Source: Octopus vulgaris (lineage: Eukaryota). Taken from it: DNA of 64,000 nt. Below the pieces are notes generated by a model that ran no database searches, was not told the DNA's origin, and saw only the letters and a list, made by a program, of their open reading frames with translations. Positions within the stretch are counted from its first letter, which is position 1; the number at the start of each line of letters is the position of its first letter. The translations under genes were made by a program, and so were the position numbers. This document shows positions 1 through 11,602 of the stretch, piece after piece. The DNA lies in NCBI GenBank assembly GCA_951406725.2, contig OX597821.1, positions 59,644,001 through 59,708,000 on the forward strand, given 5' to 3'.

Positions 1-82
1 ATTTCATAGGGGACTGCAAATAATTGAAAAAAGTGTAAAGGGACCGGCACATAAAATTTTTTGAAAAGTTTGAAAACCACTG
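1..82. mobile_element. 3' end of hAT-type MITE, truncated by window edge
   Basis: Ends in TTTGAAAACCACTG, the reverse complement of the CAGTGGTT..CAAA hAT-type terminus also seen at 38773-39045. Confidence 0.5.
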
Positions 83-559
83 CTATATACAAACTGAAAA
101 GTTTTGTTGTTGTTGTAGTGTTTGTCCACTATGATACTGAGGTTTTGGGGTTCCTCATTTACTGAGTGAATCTTTGATTTTGTATAAGTTTTTATTGCAT
201 AATATAACTTATACGTACACACACACACTCATACAGAGGATGTGTTGGAGCAGCTGTTTATTGAACTTAATATTGTTAATATTTTCTGCAGACCAACAGT
301 AGGATAAAAATGTAATGTCAAAGCTAATTGGCAGGATTTGAATTATATCATTAATCGACGAAATTAATTACTGCTCAGCATGTTACCATTTGTGTCACTC
401 TTACAGACCTGATAATAATATCAGAATAAATTGTATTATAATAATAATTTTGTGGAAAGAAACCCTGTCAGACCTCTGACAAAAGGTTGCTGTCTGCTCT
501 CACAGAATCAACCAGAGCAAGTAAAACCAAGAACTCTAAGAAGTAAAATAATAATAACA

Positions 560-1215
560 ATCCTTTCTACTAAAGGCACAAAACCTGAAATATTTGGTGG
601 AAAAGGACTAGTTGATTACATCAACCCATGTTTCAATGGTACTCAATTTATCGACCCCAAAAAGATGAAAAGCAGCTGACATTGGTAAAATTTGAACTCA
701 GAACATAAAAACAGACGAAATGCCACTAAGATTTTGCCTGGTGTGTTAATGATTCTGCCAGCCTATTGCCTTAATAATACTACTACTACTACAAATAATA
801 ATTTTTCAACCATAGACACAAGAACTGAAATTTGAAGGGGAAGGGCTAGTTGGTTACATCAATCCAGTATATAACTAGTACTTATTTTATCGACCCTGAA
901 AGGATGAAAGACAAAGTCAACCTCAGTGGAATTTGATAATAGCAATCGTAATCCATTCTATTACAGGTAGAAGGTCTGAAATTGGGGGTGGGTGGGGGTG
1001 AAGGCTAGTCAATTACATTGGCCCCAGCATTCAAATGGTATTTATTTCATCAACTCTGAAGAGATGAAAGGTATAGTCAACCTTGTTGGAATTTGAACTC
1101 AGAACATAAAGCTGGAAGAAATGCTACCAAGTATTTTGTTCAGCAGTAATAACAGTTTCAAACTCTGACACAAGGCCAGTAATTTTTAGGGTGTGGAGGA
1201 AGGGGTCAGTGACAT
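560..1215 (-). mobile_element. Cluster of 3-4 degenerate SINE family C copies
   Basis: Repeated ACTCAATTTATCGACCCC..AAAGATGAAAG..GAATTTGAACTCAGAAC motifs, the reverse complement of the family C copy at 57561. Confidence 0.75.
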
Positions 1216-1669
1216 GATTATATATCTTATGATTTAAGTTTGCATGTTTTCAAAGTAACGAAGGAGTGAAATTAAAGTTTCATATTACATATTTGAGACG
1301 ATTAATAAAGTTTGTTGATTAGTTACCATTAGTCGAGTTCATGCGACATCTTGCAAGAAGCAAATAAATTCCATAAATGTTTCCCCAACACAGCACAGCA
1401 AGAGAGGCTTGTTAGTCATGCACTGTAGTGAATGTCAGCTGCCTAACAGATGTTGACATTTCTTTCTAAATCATTGACAAAGAGAATATTAATAAGCAAT
1501 GACTTTGAACCTAAAACTTTACCTGGATTATAAATGTATATTCACACATATAATTATTGATGTAATCTGCATATTCAGTTTGTAAGCAGAAAGTGAAAAT
1601 GTACAAGACATTTCTAAAGTTTAGCATAGCATATTCTACTGTTCCTGTCTAAATTCTAATGATAGAGCT

Positions 1670-2110
1670 TCGTCAATTTGGTAAATGGAAACTGTGTGGA
1701 AGCCTAAGTATGCGTATGTGTATTCCCCACCTCACTACTTGACAATTGGTGTTTGTTTACATTCTCATAATTTAGTGGTTCAGCAAAAAATAGCAATAGA
1801 ATAAATACTAGACTTAATAAATAAATAAATAGGTGCAGGTGTGGGAGCCATGTGAATGGATTAGATAGATGGAAACTGAAAGAAACCCTTTGTGTGTACT
1901 AGTGTGTGTGTTCTCCCGCCACTGCACTTGAGACCGGTGTTGGCGAGTTTATGTCCCTGTCACTTAGAAGTTTGGCAAAAGACAACAGAATAGGTACTAG
2001 GTTTAAAGAAAAAGTCCTGGGATTGATTTGTTCGACAAAAACTCTTCGAGCTGATGCCCCAGACTGGCCATGATCCAACAACTGAAACAAACTAAAAATA
2101 AAAAAAAGTA
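1670..2110 (+). mobile_element. Two partial SINE family A copies
   Basis: GGAAACTGAAAGAA, TTGACAACC-type and GAATAGGTACTAGG motifs, and CATGATCC..ACTGAAACAA tail. Confidence 0.7.
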
Positions 2111-2649
2111 AAATAAAATGGATAAATTAGTCCTAAATATGAATCGTCAGAATAGCAGACGAGATGCCAAGGTTGAAAGATTGTGAAAATATTCATGGCT
2201 GGTTACACACACAGCTAGAAACCATTTTTAACAATATTATATTAAGTTGTTCATATTTTCTTACAAACTTGTCAGTTAGCTAGTAGAGTGTGTGTATTAA
2301 ATTTCCTGAGATAAGTGTTAAGGATGGATGGACTAAGCTGTTAATATGATCAGAGAGCATATTAAAGCATAAAGCATCGTCAGAGTGTGTGGGAGCAAGA
2401 ATATTTGTAAAAGGTCACTAAACATTAAGGAAATTCATTATGTATTCCTAATTGTGTTGAGATAATTAACATAAGAAGGTGAGCTTTATTAATGTTTGTC
2501 AGGATATGTTCTTTCATACATGTGTACATTTTTCATTTTGGTGGGTTGTAGGGGGAGTAAGACATGAGAGAAGGGTTTTCATTTGATGTTGGGTGAAGAC
2601 ATGCCCCCCCCCCCAAAAAAAAAGAAAACAGTGGTGGAGATATTATTTT

Positions 2650-3040
2650 TCTTTTTATTTGTTTCAGTTACTGGACTTTGGCCAAGCTGGGGCACTGCTT
2701 TGAAGGGTTTAGTCAAAGCAAATCAACCCCAATACGTTTCTTTTTAAAGTTTGGTACTCATTCTATTGCTCTCTTTTGTCAAACTGCTATGTTACATTGA
2801 TGTAAACGAACCAACATCAGTTGTTCAGTGGCTGTCGGGGGAGACACAAACACAAAGGCACACACACACACACGGTAGGCTTCTACACAGTTTCCATCTA
2901 TCATATTCACTTACAAGATATTATTCAGGTCATGGCTATAATAGAAGATACTTGCACAAAGTCCTGCACAGTGGGACTGAACCCAATACCACTTACTTGT
3001 AAAAGGTAGCTTCTTACACACACACATACACCCATGCCTA
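2650..3040 (-). mobile_element. SINE family A (tRNA-like head, CORE-like segment, internal microsatellite), diverged
   Basis: Colinear with the well-preserved copies at 16837-17243 and 61378-61780. Confidence 0.75.
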
Positions 3041-3127
3041 CAGTTAGTGAATATATCAAAAACGAGGGGCATAGCTTCAGGTGTATGCTCCTTCCAGGTT
3101 ATATGTATCTGTGTGCAAATGCATATA

Positions 3128-3292
3128 TTCTTTTATTTGTTTCAGTCATTTGACTGTGGCCATACTGGAGCATCTCCTTTAGTCGAGCAAATTGGCCCCA
3201 GGACTTATTTTATCAGTCTCTTTTGCCGAACCACTAAGTTATGAGGACATAAACACACCAGCATCAGTTGTCAAGCAATGTTGGGGGTACAA

Positions 3293-3342
<50 letters not shown>

Positions 3343-3501
3343 GGCTTCTTTCAGTTTCCGTCTACTAACTCCACTAACAAGGTTTTGGTCGGCCCAAGGC
3401 TATAGTAGAAGACACTTGCTCAAGGTGCCACGCAGTGAGATCGAACCCAGAACCATGTGGTTGGTAAGCAAGCTACTTACCACACAGCCACTCTTGCACC
3501 T
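3128..3501 (-). mobile_element. SINE family A, near full length
   Basis: TTTCAGTCATTTGACTG tail, internal (CA)n(TA)n, and head ending CCACACAGCCACTCTTGCACC. Confidence 0.85.
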
Positions 3502-3814
3502 ATGTTCATAACACATGAACATGACAAAGAAAGATAGAAAGATGGACATACAGAAAGACATAGACTTGTGTACATAAAAACTTAAACACATATGAACCCT
3601 TTATTCACCTTCTCAGAATGAAGAATTAATAAAATATTATAACACCTAAAATAACGGGCATATAGACCAAGTGTTGTATTTAAAACAAATGCCAAATAAA
3701 TTCACTGGTTTTCAATTTGTTTAATGTAGAATCATTTTTTCTAATATTCATTACTTTGCATAAAAAAATATATTTAGTAATAGTGCCAAAATATGATAGT
3801 TGTGCAAAACAAAT

Positions 3815-4640
3815 GTGACAGTTTGGTAAGAAGTTAGCTTCCCAGCCACATGGTTCCATCATATGTCATCTTGGGCAAGTGTCTTTAATATAGCCTCAGG
3901 CTAACTAAGGCCTTGTGAGTAGATTTGGTAGATGGAAACTGAAAGAAGCTCATCATATACATATGTAGATGCATATCTACATATATATTTCAGTCCAATC
4001 CATGCCAGTATGGAAAACAGACATTAAATGATGATATCTAGGCATGTTTAGCATGGGTCATTGCCAGTGCTGCCTGACTGGCTCTCATACCGGTGGCATA
4101 TAAGAAGCACCATTTGAGCATGGTCATTACCAGTGCTGCTTGACTGACTCTTGTGCCAGTGACATGTAAAAAGCACCATTCAAATGTGGTCGTTGCCATT
4201 GTCACTTGACTGGATCCCGTGCCAGTGGCATGTAAAAAGCACCATTCAAATGTGGTCGATGACAGTACCATCTGACTGGCCCTCATGCTGCTGGCACGTA
4301 AAAAGCATCCACTACACTCCTGGAGTGGTTGGCATTAGGAAGGGCATCCAGCTGTAGAAACTTTGTCAGATCAGATTGGAACCTGATGCAGCTTTCTGGC
4401 TTGTCAGTACTCAGTCAAACTGTCCAACCCATGCCAGGATGGAAAGTGGATGTTAAACGACAATGAAGATGATGACGATGATGTATGTGTCTGTGTTTGT
4501 TCCCATAGATTGGTGCTTGAATAAGGGGGACCAATGGATTGGGTACCAGGCTTAGTAAGTACTGGGGTCGATTCAATCAACTAAAACTCTTCAAAACAAT
4601 TCCCCAGCATAGCTGTAGTCTCATAACCGAAACAAGTAAA
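3815..4640 (+). mobile_element. SINE family A interrupted at its microsatellite by a family D insertion
   Basis: A head 3815-3960, D body ~3990-4483, A tail resumes at ~4484. Confidence 0.7.
4040..4483 (+). mobile_element. Family D RTE-tailed non-autonomous retroposon with four 66-bp tandem units
   Basis: GCACC/GCATCC motif at 4107, 4173, 4239, 4305 (66-bp period), then GGAAGGGCATCCAGCTGTAGAAAC..CCAACCCATGCC..(GAT)n tail. Confidence 0.8.
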
Positions 4641-4807
4641 AAATGAACGATAGTAAATGTGCCACAAGAAGCATCAGTCTGCATCTATTTAATTGATACT
4701 CATCACTCCTGTGGTGAGTTATAACTCCAAATTTAAGAATTCCTTGATGTACAGGTTCCCTTGAAAGAACCTACAAGTCAGAGGTGGAAAAATTCTTGTT
4801 ATCAAAG

Positions 4808-5335
4808 GTGTAGGCTTGGCTGTGTGGTTGAGAGGTTCACTTTGCAACCATGGACTTTCAGGCTCGGCCCCCATGGTGCAGTGCCTTAAGACGCTTAAGG
4901 TACCATGCAGTGAGACTGAACCCAGAACCATGGGGTTGGTAAGCAAGCTACTTACCACACAGCCACTCCTGCGCCTATGTTCATAATACATGAACATGAC
5001 AAAGAAAGATGGACATACAGAAATGCTTTGTGAATGAATTTGGTTGATGAAAACTATGCAGAAGCCCATTATGTATGTGTGTATTGAGAGGAGGAGATGG
5101 AAAGGGGAGAGCAGGAGAGAGGGAGGGGCGAGGAGGGAGAGGAGGGTAAAGGAGAGAAAGAGGAGGGAGAGTCTTTGGGTCTGTGTGTGTTGACAATTGG
5201 TGCTGGTTTATATTTCTACAACTTAGTGGTTCTGCATAGAGACCAATAGAATAAGTACTAGGTTTAAACATAATTTCTGGGGTCAATCCTTTTTATCAAA
5301 ACCCTTTAAGGCTGTGCCCCTGTATTGCCACAGAT
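4808..5335 (+). mobile_element. SINE family A, diverged, carrying an inserted local duplication (4893-5023)
   Basis: Head 4808-4890, body resumes at 5024; the insert matches 3420-3556. Confidence 0.7.
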
Positions 5336-5344
5336 TGGTAGATG

Positions 5345-5550
5345 GGTAAAGAGGTGCCAAATGATCTAAGTGGAAGACAAAACCCAAGTAAAACATGGGA
5401 CAAAGTGATGAAGACTAATCTCATAAGAGACTCATCTCAAAAGAAACAACACAGAATCAAAACTAGGAGCAAAACACCATGTTAGACAAGATCCACCTAA
5501 CTCATGCAAGCATAGAAAATGGCAGTGAAAATTTGAATGGTGGTGGTGAT
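5345..5550 (+). mobile_element. Degenerate RTE LINE 3' end
   Basis: Remnant resembling GRP.KTWD.V (GGAAGACAAAACCCAAGTAAAACATGGGACAAAGTG), plus CTAACTCATGCAAGCATAGAAAA tail and (GGT)n. Confidence 0.5.
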
Positions 5551-5672
5551 AATTCTGGACAGTCAAAGTAAGATTAAAGCTTTTCTTTTATGAACTTTAT
5601 AATGTTATCAAGTAATCAGTTTGAGTCATGCTGATTAAAATATAAAATAATGGCTCTGTAGTTATATAACTT

Positions 5673-5687
5673 GAGAGAGAGAGAGAG

Positions 5688-5730
<43 letters not shown>

Positions 5731-5745
5731 ATGCACACACACACA
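5673..5745. repeat. (GA)n(GT)n compound microsatellite
   Basis: Direct reading. Confidence 0.95.
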
Positions 5746-6289
5746 TATCAAAGGCAGAAGCGGATGATTATCTCTCTAATAAATATCTAGAAATTGTAAG
5801 ATAGCAAAACAGTATTTGGTGTGAGTCATGCTGTAGTTATTTAATATAAGCCCTACCCTTGCATTGGTCCATACTTATCTTAGCTGAAACCCCAAGTGAT
5901 CACAGAACGATAGGAATAATCAATGAGTTAGATACATAATTTGATTAAATATTTCGTATATAGGGGAGTAAAAAAAGGATAAAAAAATTAAATATTGAAT
6001 AATACATTGTTGAATCTGTTTACACAAACCAAATCTTCCACATGAAGTAATTCATTGACTTACAGAGATATAAATCAATCTATAATATATGGTAGGCTAA
6101 GTGGTTAAAAAGCTGGGCTGCTGGCAAAAGATGACAGTTAAAAACCTATTGTTGTAGTTACACTGAGTCATATCATTGCCAGAAAATAATCTTAAAATAT
6201 ATACACATCTATATATATATATATACACATCTATATATATAGATATATATATATATATACATACATAAATAAATAAATACATACATACA

Positions 6290-6688
6290 CTCTCTTTTAC
6301 TTGTTTCAGTCATTTGACTGCGGCCATGCTGGAGCACCACCTTTAGTTGAGCAAATCGACCCCAGGACTTATTCTTTGTAAGTCTAGTACTTATTCTATT
6401 GGTCTCTTTTGCCGAACCGCTAAGTTACGGGGACGTAAACACACCAGTATCGGTTGTCAAGCAATGTTGGGGGGACAAACACAAACACACACACACACAT
6501 ATATATATACACACACACACATACGACAGGCTTCTTTCAGTTTCCATCTACCAAATCCATTCACAAGGCTTTGGTTGGCTCGAGGCTATAGTAGAAGACA
6601 CTTGCCCAAGGTGCCATGCAGTAGGACTGAACCCGGAACTGTGTAGTTCGTAAGCAAGCTACTTACCACACAGCCACTCCTACGCCTA
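6290..6688 (-). mobile_element. SINE family A, full length, young
   Basis: Complete from tail to head with several CpGs retained. Confidence 0.9.
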
Positions 6689-6811
6689 TATATATATCTA
6701 TCTTTCACCAGATGGGGTACTTCTTTTGTTGATCTTATCATCACAGAACAGAACAGTACATTAGACAGACAGAGTCTCTCGATTCATGATTGTGTGGCTA
6801 ACCATTATCCT

Positions 6812-7205
6812 TCACTTGTTTCAGTCACTGAACTGTGGTCACAGCTGGGGTACAGCCTTGTAGGGTTTAGTCGAACAAATCAGTCCCCAGATCATATTTT
6901 TAAGTCTGGTACTTATTCTATTAGCCTCTTTTACTGAGCTGCTAAGTTATTAGGACATAAACAAACCAGCACCAATTGTCAAGCATCAATTGGTCTCTTT
7001 TGCCAAACCAGTTGTCAAGCAATGATGGTAGTGGGACAAACGCAAGTACAAAGATACACACACAACAGACCTCCATAATTTCCATCTGCCAAATCCATGT
7101 AAATGTCATTAGTCAGATCAAGGCCGTAGCAGACACTTGTCCAAGGTCCCACAAAGCTGAACTGAACCAGAAACCGTATGGTTGCAAAGTTAGCCTTCTC
7201 TGCCA
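6812..7205 (-). mobile_element. SINE family A, diverged, with internal duplication
   Basis: Colinear motifs; TTGTCAAGCA appears twice at 6977-7022. Confidence 0.7.
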
Positions 7206-7209
7206 GCTC

Positions 7210-7720
7210 ACCAGTGCCACATGACTGGTACCTGTGCTGGTGACATGTTAGAAGCACCCATTAAACTCTTGGAGTGATTGATATTAGGAAGGGCATCCAA
7301 CCGTAGAAACCATGCCAAACCAGACTGGAAGTTGGTGCCAGTTCCAATCACACCATCTAACCCATGCCAGCATGGAAAGCAGATGCTAAATGATAATGAT
7401 ATTTTGTTTTTGTTTTTTGAAATATCTAATTGAAAAATTATAGTTATTTCCTTTGGTGTCACATATAAAAAAAGCACTTAGGTGTGAGGAAGGGGATCCA
7501 GCCATAAAAACCATACCAAAGTAGACCTTGCCAGTGTTGGTGCCACATAAAAAGCACTCAGCCCACTTTGTAAAGTGGTTGGTGATAGGAAGGGCATCCA
7601 GCTGAAAAAAATCATGCCAAAACAGACAGCAAAGCATGGTGTAGTCCTCTGGCCTGCCAGCTCCTGTCCCTGTCAAACTATCCAACCTATACCAGCATGG
7701 AAGGGAAATGGATGCATGAG
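7210..7720 (+). mobile_element. Two family D retroposon copies
   Basis: GGAAGGGCATCC and CCCATGCCAGCATGGAA motifs occur twice. Confidence 0.7.
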
Positions 7721-8694
7721 GATGTTTACTATGGGAATAGCTGAAAGTGTGGCTGGAACAAAAAAAAACATTATGAATAAAAACAAAGGCAACTAAAAAC
7801 AAAATGTGCTGAGGTGTGTGTGTGTGTGTGCACGCGCGTGCACAAAGTTTTCTTCTGTGAAGTACAAAAATAATAAGAGGAATAATTCACAGACTATATT
7901 TATAGTAAAACTATAATGCAAAGTTCAGTACACAAATAGTATATCCTAAAAGCAAAAACTAAAACCAGACATTACAGCAAATCTATTTCCTGGTTGTGGA
8001 CAAAAGAAAAGAAAGAAAAACCAAATATCAATGGTCAAAAAATATATAAAACCTGCTGATAACAATGAAAACTTAACGATAATGAAAAATACAACTGGGT
8101 TGCTATGATTATCACCTAAAATTAATTAAAAAGATGGCAATAACAATCAGTTCCTCTAGATGACTGGACTAGAGAGGCCTTGAAGCATCAATGAATCTGA
8201 AGAACTTGTTTGTTTCAAACAAATAAAAATGGAATATGAATGAAAATATGAAAAAAATTCTCAAAAGTAAAATTTTTAATAGCATATACCACATTTGATG
8301 GTACACAATATGCACTCCTCATCCCACCCCTGCCAAGAATATCTCAAAAAAAAAATCACCAGGTTGTATATGTAAAGTTGCCTTAAATATTACATACATT
8401 ATTTAAAGCAACTTTAAATAAAAATTTTAACATTTTTTCCTGAATATGCCCTGCTGCAATCAGGGTGCAGCTGTTATGCCATCAAATACAGTTGTTTTAA
8501 ACAAAAAGCAGTCAATAAAAGAAATACATGATTTATTGTCACGGGATGTTTAGGAGATTCAGAATAACTGGTTCTTTTATATGCCTGAAACCTTGAAGTT
8601 TTTAAGAGTGGGAAGAAGGAAAACTTTGATACTCATGTTTTTACTTAACACTATAAATTAAATAAGCTGGTTAAAAATTCATACATGTAGATCA

Positions 8695-9400
8695 AAGCAT
8701 AGCTGTGTGATTAAGCTCACTCAGCAACCATTATTGTTTGTGGGTAAGTCTCACTGTGTAACACCTTGGACAGGTGTCCTCTGCAACAGCCCTGTGCCAA
8801 CCAGTGTTTTAAATAAATTTGGTAGGTGGAAACTGTGTGGAAGCTTGTTATATATATGCATGTGTCTGTGTTTGTATTTGCTGTCCCCTCCACAATGATG
8901 ATGAAGCTGTGTAGCTCCAGATCATACCTGATAGGGTAAACCAAGGAAAAAATGTCATTTCTAGCCATGACCATCTTGTTTGTTCCAGTTACTCTATTTT
9001 TTGGATTAGATGACCTAATGTCTTTTACTTTTTATCTTGTACTTGTTTCAGTCATTAGTCTGTGGCCATGCTGGGGTACCATTTTGAAGAATTTTTGGTT
9101 TTTAGTCAAATGTATTGACCCCAGTACTTATTTTTTCTTTATAAGCTTGGGGACTTGTTTTATCAGTCACTTTTGTTGAACCGCTAGGTTGTCAAGCGGT
9201 GGTGAGGGTACAAACACAGACAAAGACACACACACATATACGACAGACTTCTTTCAGTTTCCATCAAGCAAATCCACTCACAAGACTTTGGTTGGCCCAA
9301 GGCTATAGCAGAAGACACTTGCTCAAGGTGTCACGCAGTTGGACTGAACCCGGAACCATGTGATTGGGAAGTAAGCTTCTTACCACACAGCAGTGCCAGT
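8695..9400. mobile_element. SINE A head (+, 8695-8900) and SINE A (-, 9035-9400) in inverted orientation
   Basis: Family A motifs on opposite strands. Confidence 0.7.
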
Positions 9401-10084
9401 GCGTTTTTTTTTTTTTTAAATGTAGGGGTGAGATTTGAAGATTTGATGACTACTTTTTCGCTATTTGAGATGCCATGCACCTGAAATATTTGCTATTTCA
9501 TGCTATTATTTCATATTTCATTTGAATGACTCATTGGTTTGTGAAATTATGAACCAAGAGAAAGGATTAACTCTTTAAGCCTCAATCAGGAAATATCTAG
9601 TAAAAATGAAAAGTACAAATAAGTCTTAAGGTTTTAAGCAGGATTAGGGCACCTCACAACTGATGACTAAGAACTCCATAAAAACCTACTAACAATTCCT
9701 ACCTGGAGGTAAAACTGAAGGATTGACCTATTTATCTTTAACAATCCCATTTTGATGACCTACTAAGACAACTTCAAGTAATGAGCATGGTAACTATCTT
9801 CCTTTCTGATTCATGTCTGAAAACCACTTTTAAAAGTTTAAAACAGACTTTTTAAGTGGGTTCATTGCTGAGGTGCTGGAAAACTGAAACCAACTGCAAG
9901 GATTTAGTTGTACCTAGTAGACAAGATAGGCTGTTCTACTTGCTTCAATCTAGTCATCATCATTTAATGTCCATTTTCCATTGTGACATGAGTCAAATGG
10001 TTTGACAGGAACTGACAAGCGAGAGGACTGTACCAGAGGGGCAGGAGCAGGTATCTTGTTGAAGAGGTAAATATGACTTCTCCA

Positions 10085-10450
10085 TCATTGCCAGAGCCGC
10101 TGACCGGCTTCCATGCTGGTGGCACGTAAAAAGCACCATTCGAGGCTGATTGTTATCAGCGTCGCCTTACTGGCACGTGAAAAAAACATTCGAGCGAGGT
10201 TGTTGCCAGTGCCACAGGACTGGCTCCTGTGCAGGTGGCACATAAAAAACACCATTTGAGCGTGACTGTTGCCAGTACGTAAAAGCACCCACTACACTCT
10301 CGGAGTGGTTGGCATTAGGAAGGGCATCCAGCAGTAGAAACTCTGCCAGATCAGATTGGAGCCTGGTGCAGCCATCATGTTCACCAGTCCTCAGTCAAAT
10401 CGTCCAACCCATGCCAGCATGGAAAGCAGACATTAAACGATGATGATGCA
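10085..10450 (+). mobile_element. Family D retroposon with tandem units
   Basis: Repeated GGCACGTAAAAAGCACC-like motifs, then RTE-type tail ending AAACGATGATGATG. Confidence 0.8.
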
Positions 10451-10541
10451 CCACATGTTGATTTGTCAAAAGAACATGATACCAACCATGTGTCTAATCC
10501 CTTGACTTATTACAAAACTGATAAAAAGACACCAAGTATCT

Positions 10542-10680
10542 TTAACCCTTTAGCATTCAGATTACTCTGTCATATGTAATACTTATTTATTCAAGTTGTC
10601 TTGAATTAATCAAGCATTATCTTGTAGCTTTGAGATTCCATTATTTATTTTTAGAATGATATTGCAGGGTAGGTGTGACT
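10542..10680 (+). mobile_element. piggyBac-like MITE 5' fragment
   Basis: TTAA followed by CCCTTTAGCATTCAG; no matching right end found. Confidence 0.4.
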
Positions 10681-11169
10681 AACAATCTATTTCCAACAAG
10701 TAGATCATGTTTTTGCAGATATAGTCTGCTATACAAGGGCTATACTCAAAGAAATGCAAAATTTGGCTTAACATCTTTGCTAACTGCCACCAGTCATTCA
10801 AATTGTACATGTTGGTAGAGCAACTCTTCCTCCAGAGTAACAATTTCTTGTTCTTCTTCATTGCAGGCAAACAATGGGTCCCAAGTAGAACAGATATTGA
10901 TAAAATGAGTACTGGGGTCGATATAATTGACTAAAAACCTTTGAAGATAGTGATGCAGCATGGAGCATAGTCCAATAACTAAAGCAGATATACTACTGAA
11001 ATATAGAACAGAAATTAATATAACCATGTATGTGTTTCATATAACCTGCCTGACTGTACCATGATGTATCAATCAGATATTGTATGGTCAATGAAATTAA
11101 AGTGTATAAACAATACTGATGAATAGGTCATTTATGACTTGGAGAAAACAGAACTAAATGGAGAATAGG

Positions 11170-11602
11170 GCAGTGCCAATTAGTAGAAAACTACTAATTA
11201 TGCTTCCCAACTACATGGTTCTGAGTTCAATCCCACTGCATGGCACCTTGGGAAATGTTTCCACTACTACTATAGATCCAAGTCAACCAAAGCATCATGA
11301 ATGGATTCAGAAGATGGAAACTGAAGGAGGCCTGTCATATATGTATGTGTGCTTGTGTGTGTATGTTTGTGTGTCCTTGTTTTGACATCATGTGACAGCT
11401 GTACAAGAGTGTCTATCATACAAGCAGTGTCATTAATTTTCAATATTCTAAGAGAACTTGTCTGCCAAGTGGAATATTACCATGCTTGAAAACAGATGAG
11501 AGTTGGCAACATGAAGGGCTTATGGTTGTAGAAAAGCTACCTCAGCAAATTCCATCTGACCCATGCAAATATGGAAAACTGGACATTAACTGACAATGAT
11601 GA
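11170..11602 (+). mobile_element. SINE with family A head and an alternative RTE-type tail
   Basis: A head to GGAAACTGAAGGAGGCC and (TG)n, then a different body ending GACCCATGCAAATATGGAAAACTGGACATTAA. Confidence 0.65.

Noticed and set aside
4038-4312. CRISPR-like array or repeat-protein ORF (also 62609-62926)
   Set aside because: The whole 66-bp unit is conserved with no unique spacers, there are no cas genes, and the context is a eukaryotic retroposon; the 22-aa periodic ORF follows from the unit length
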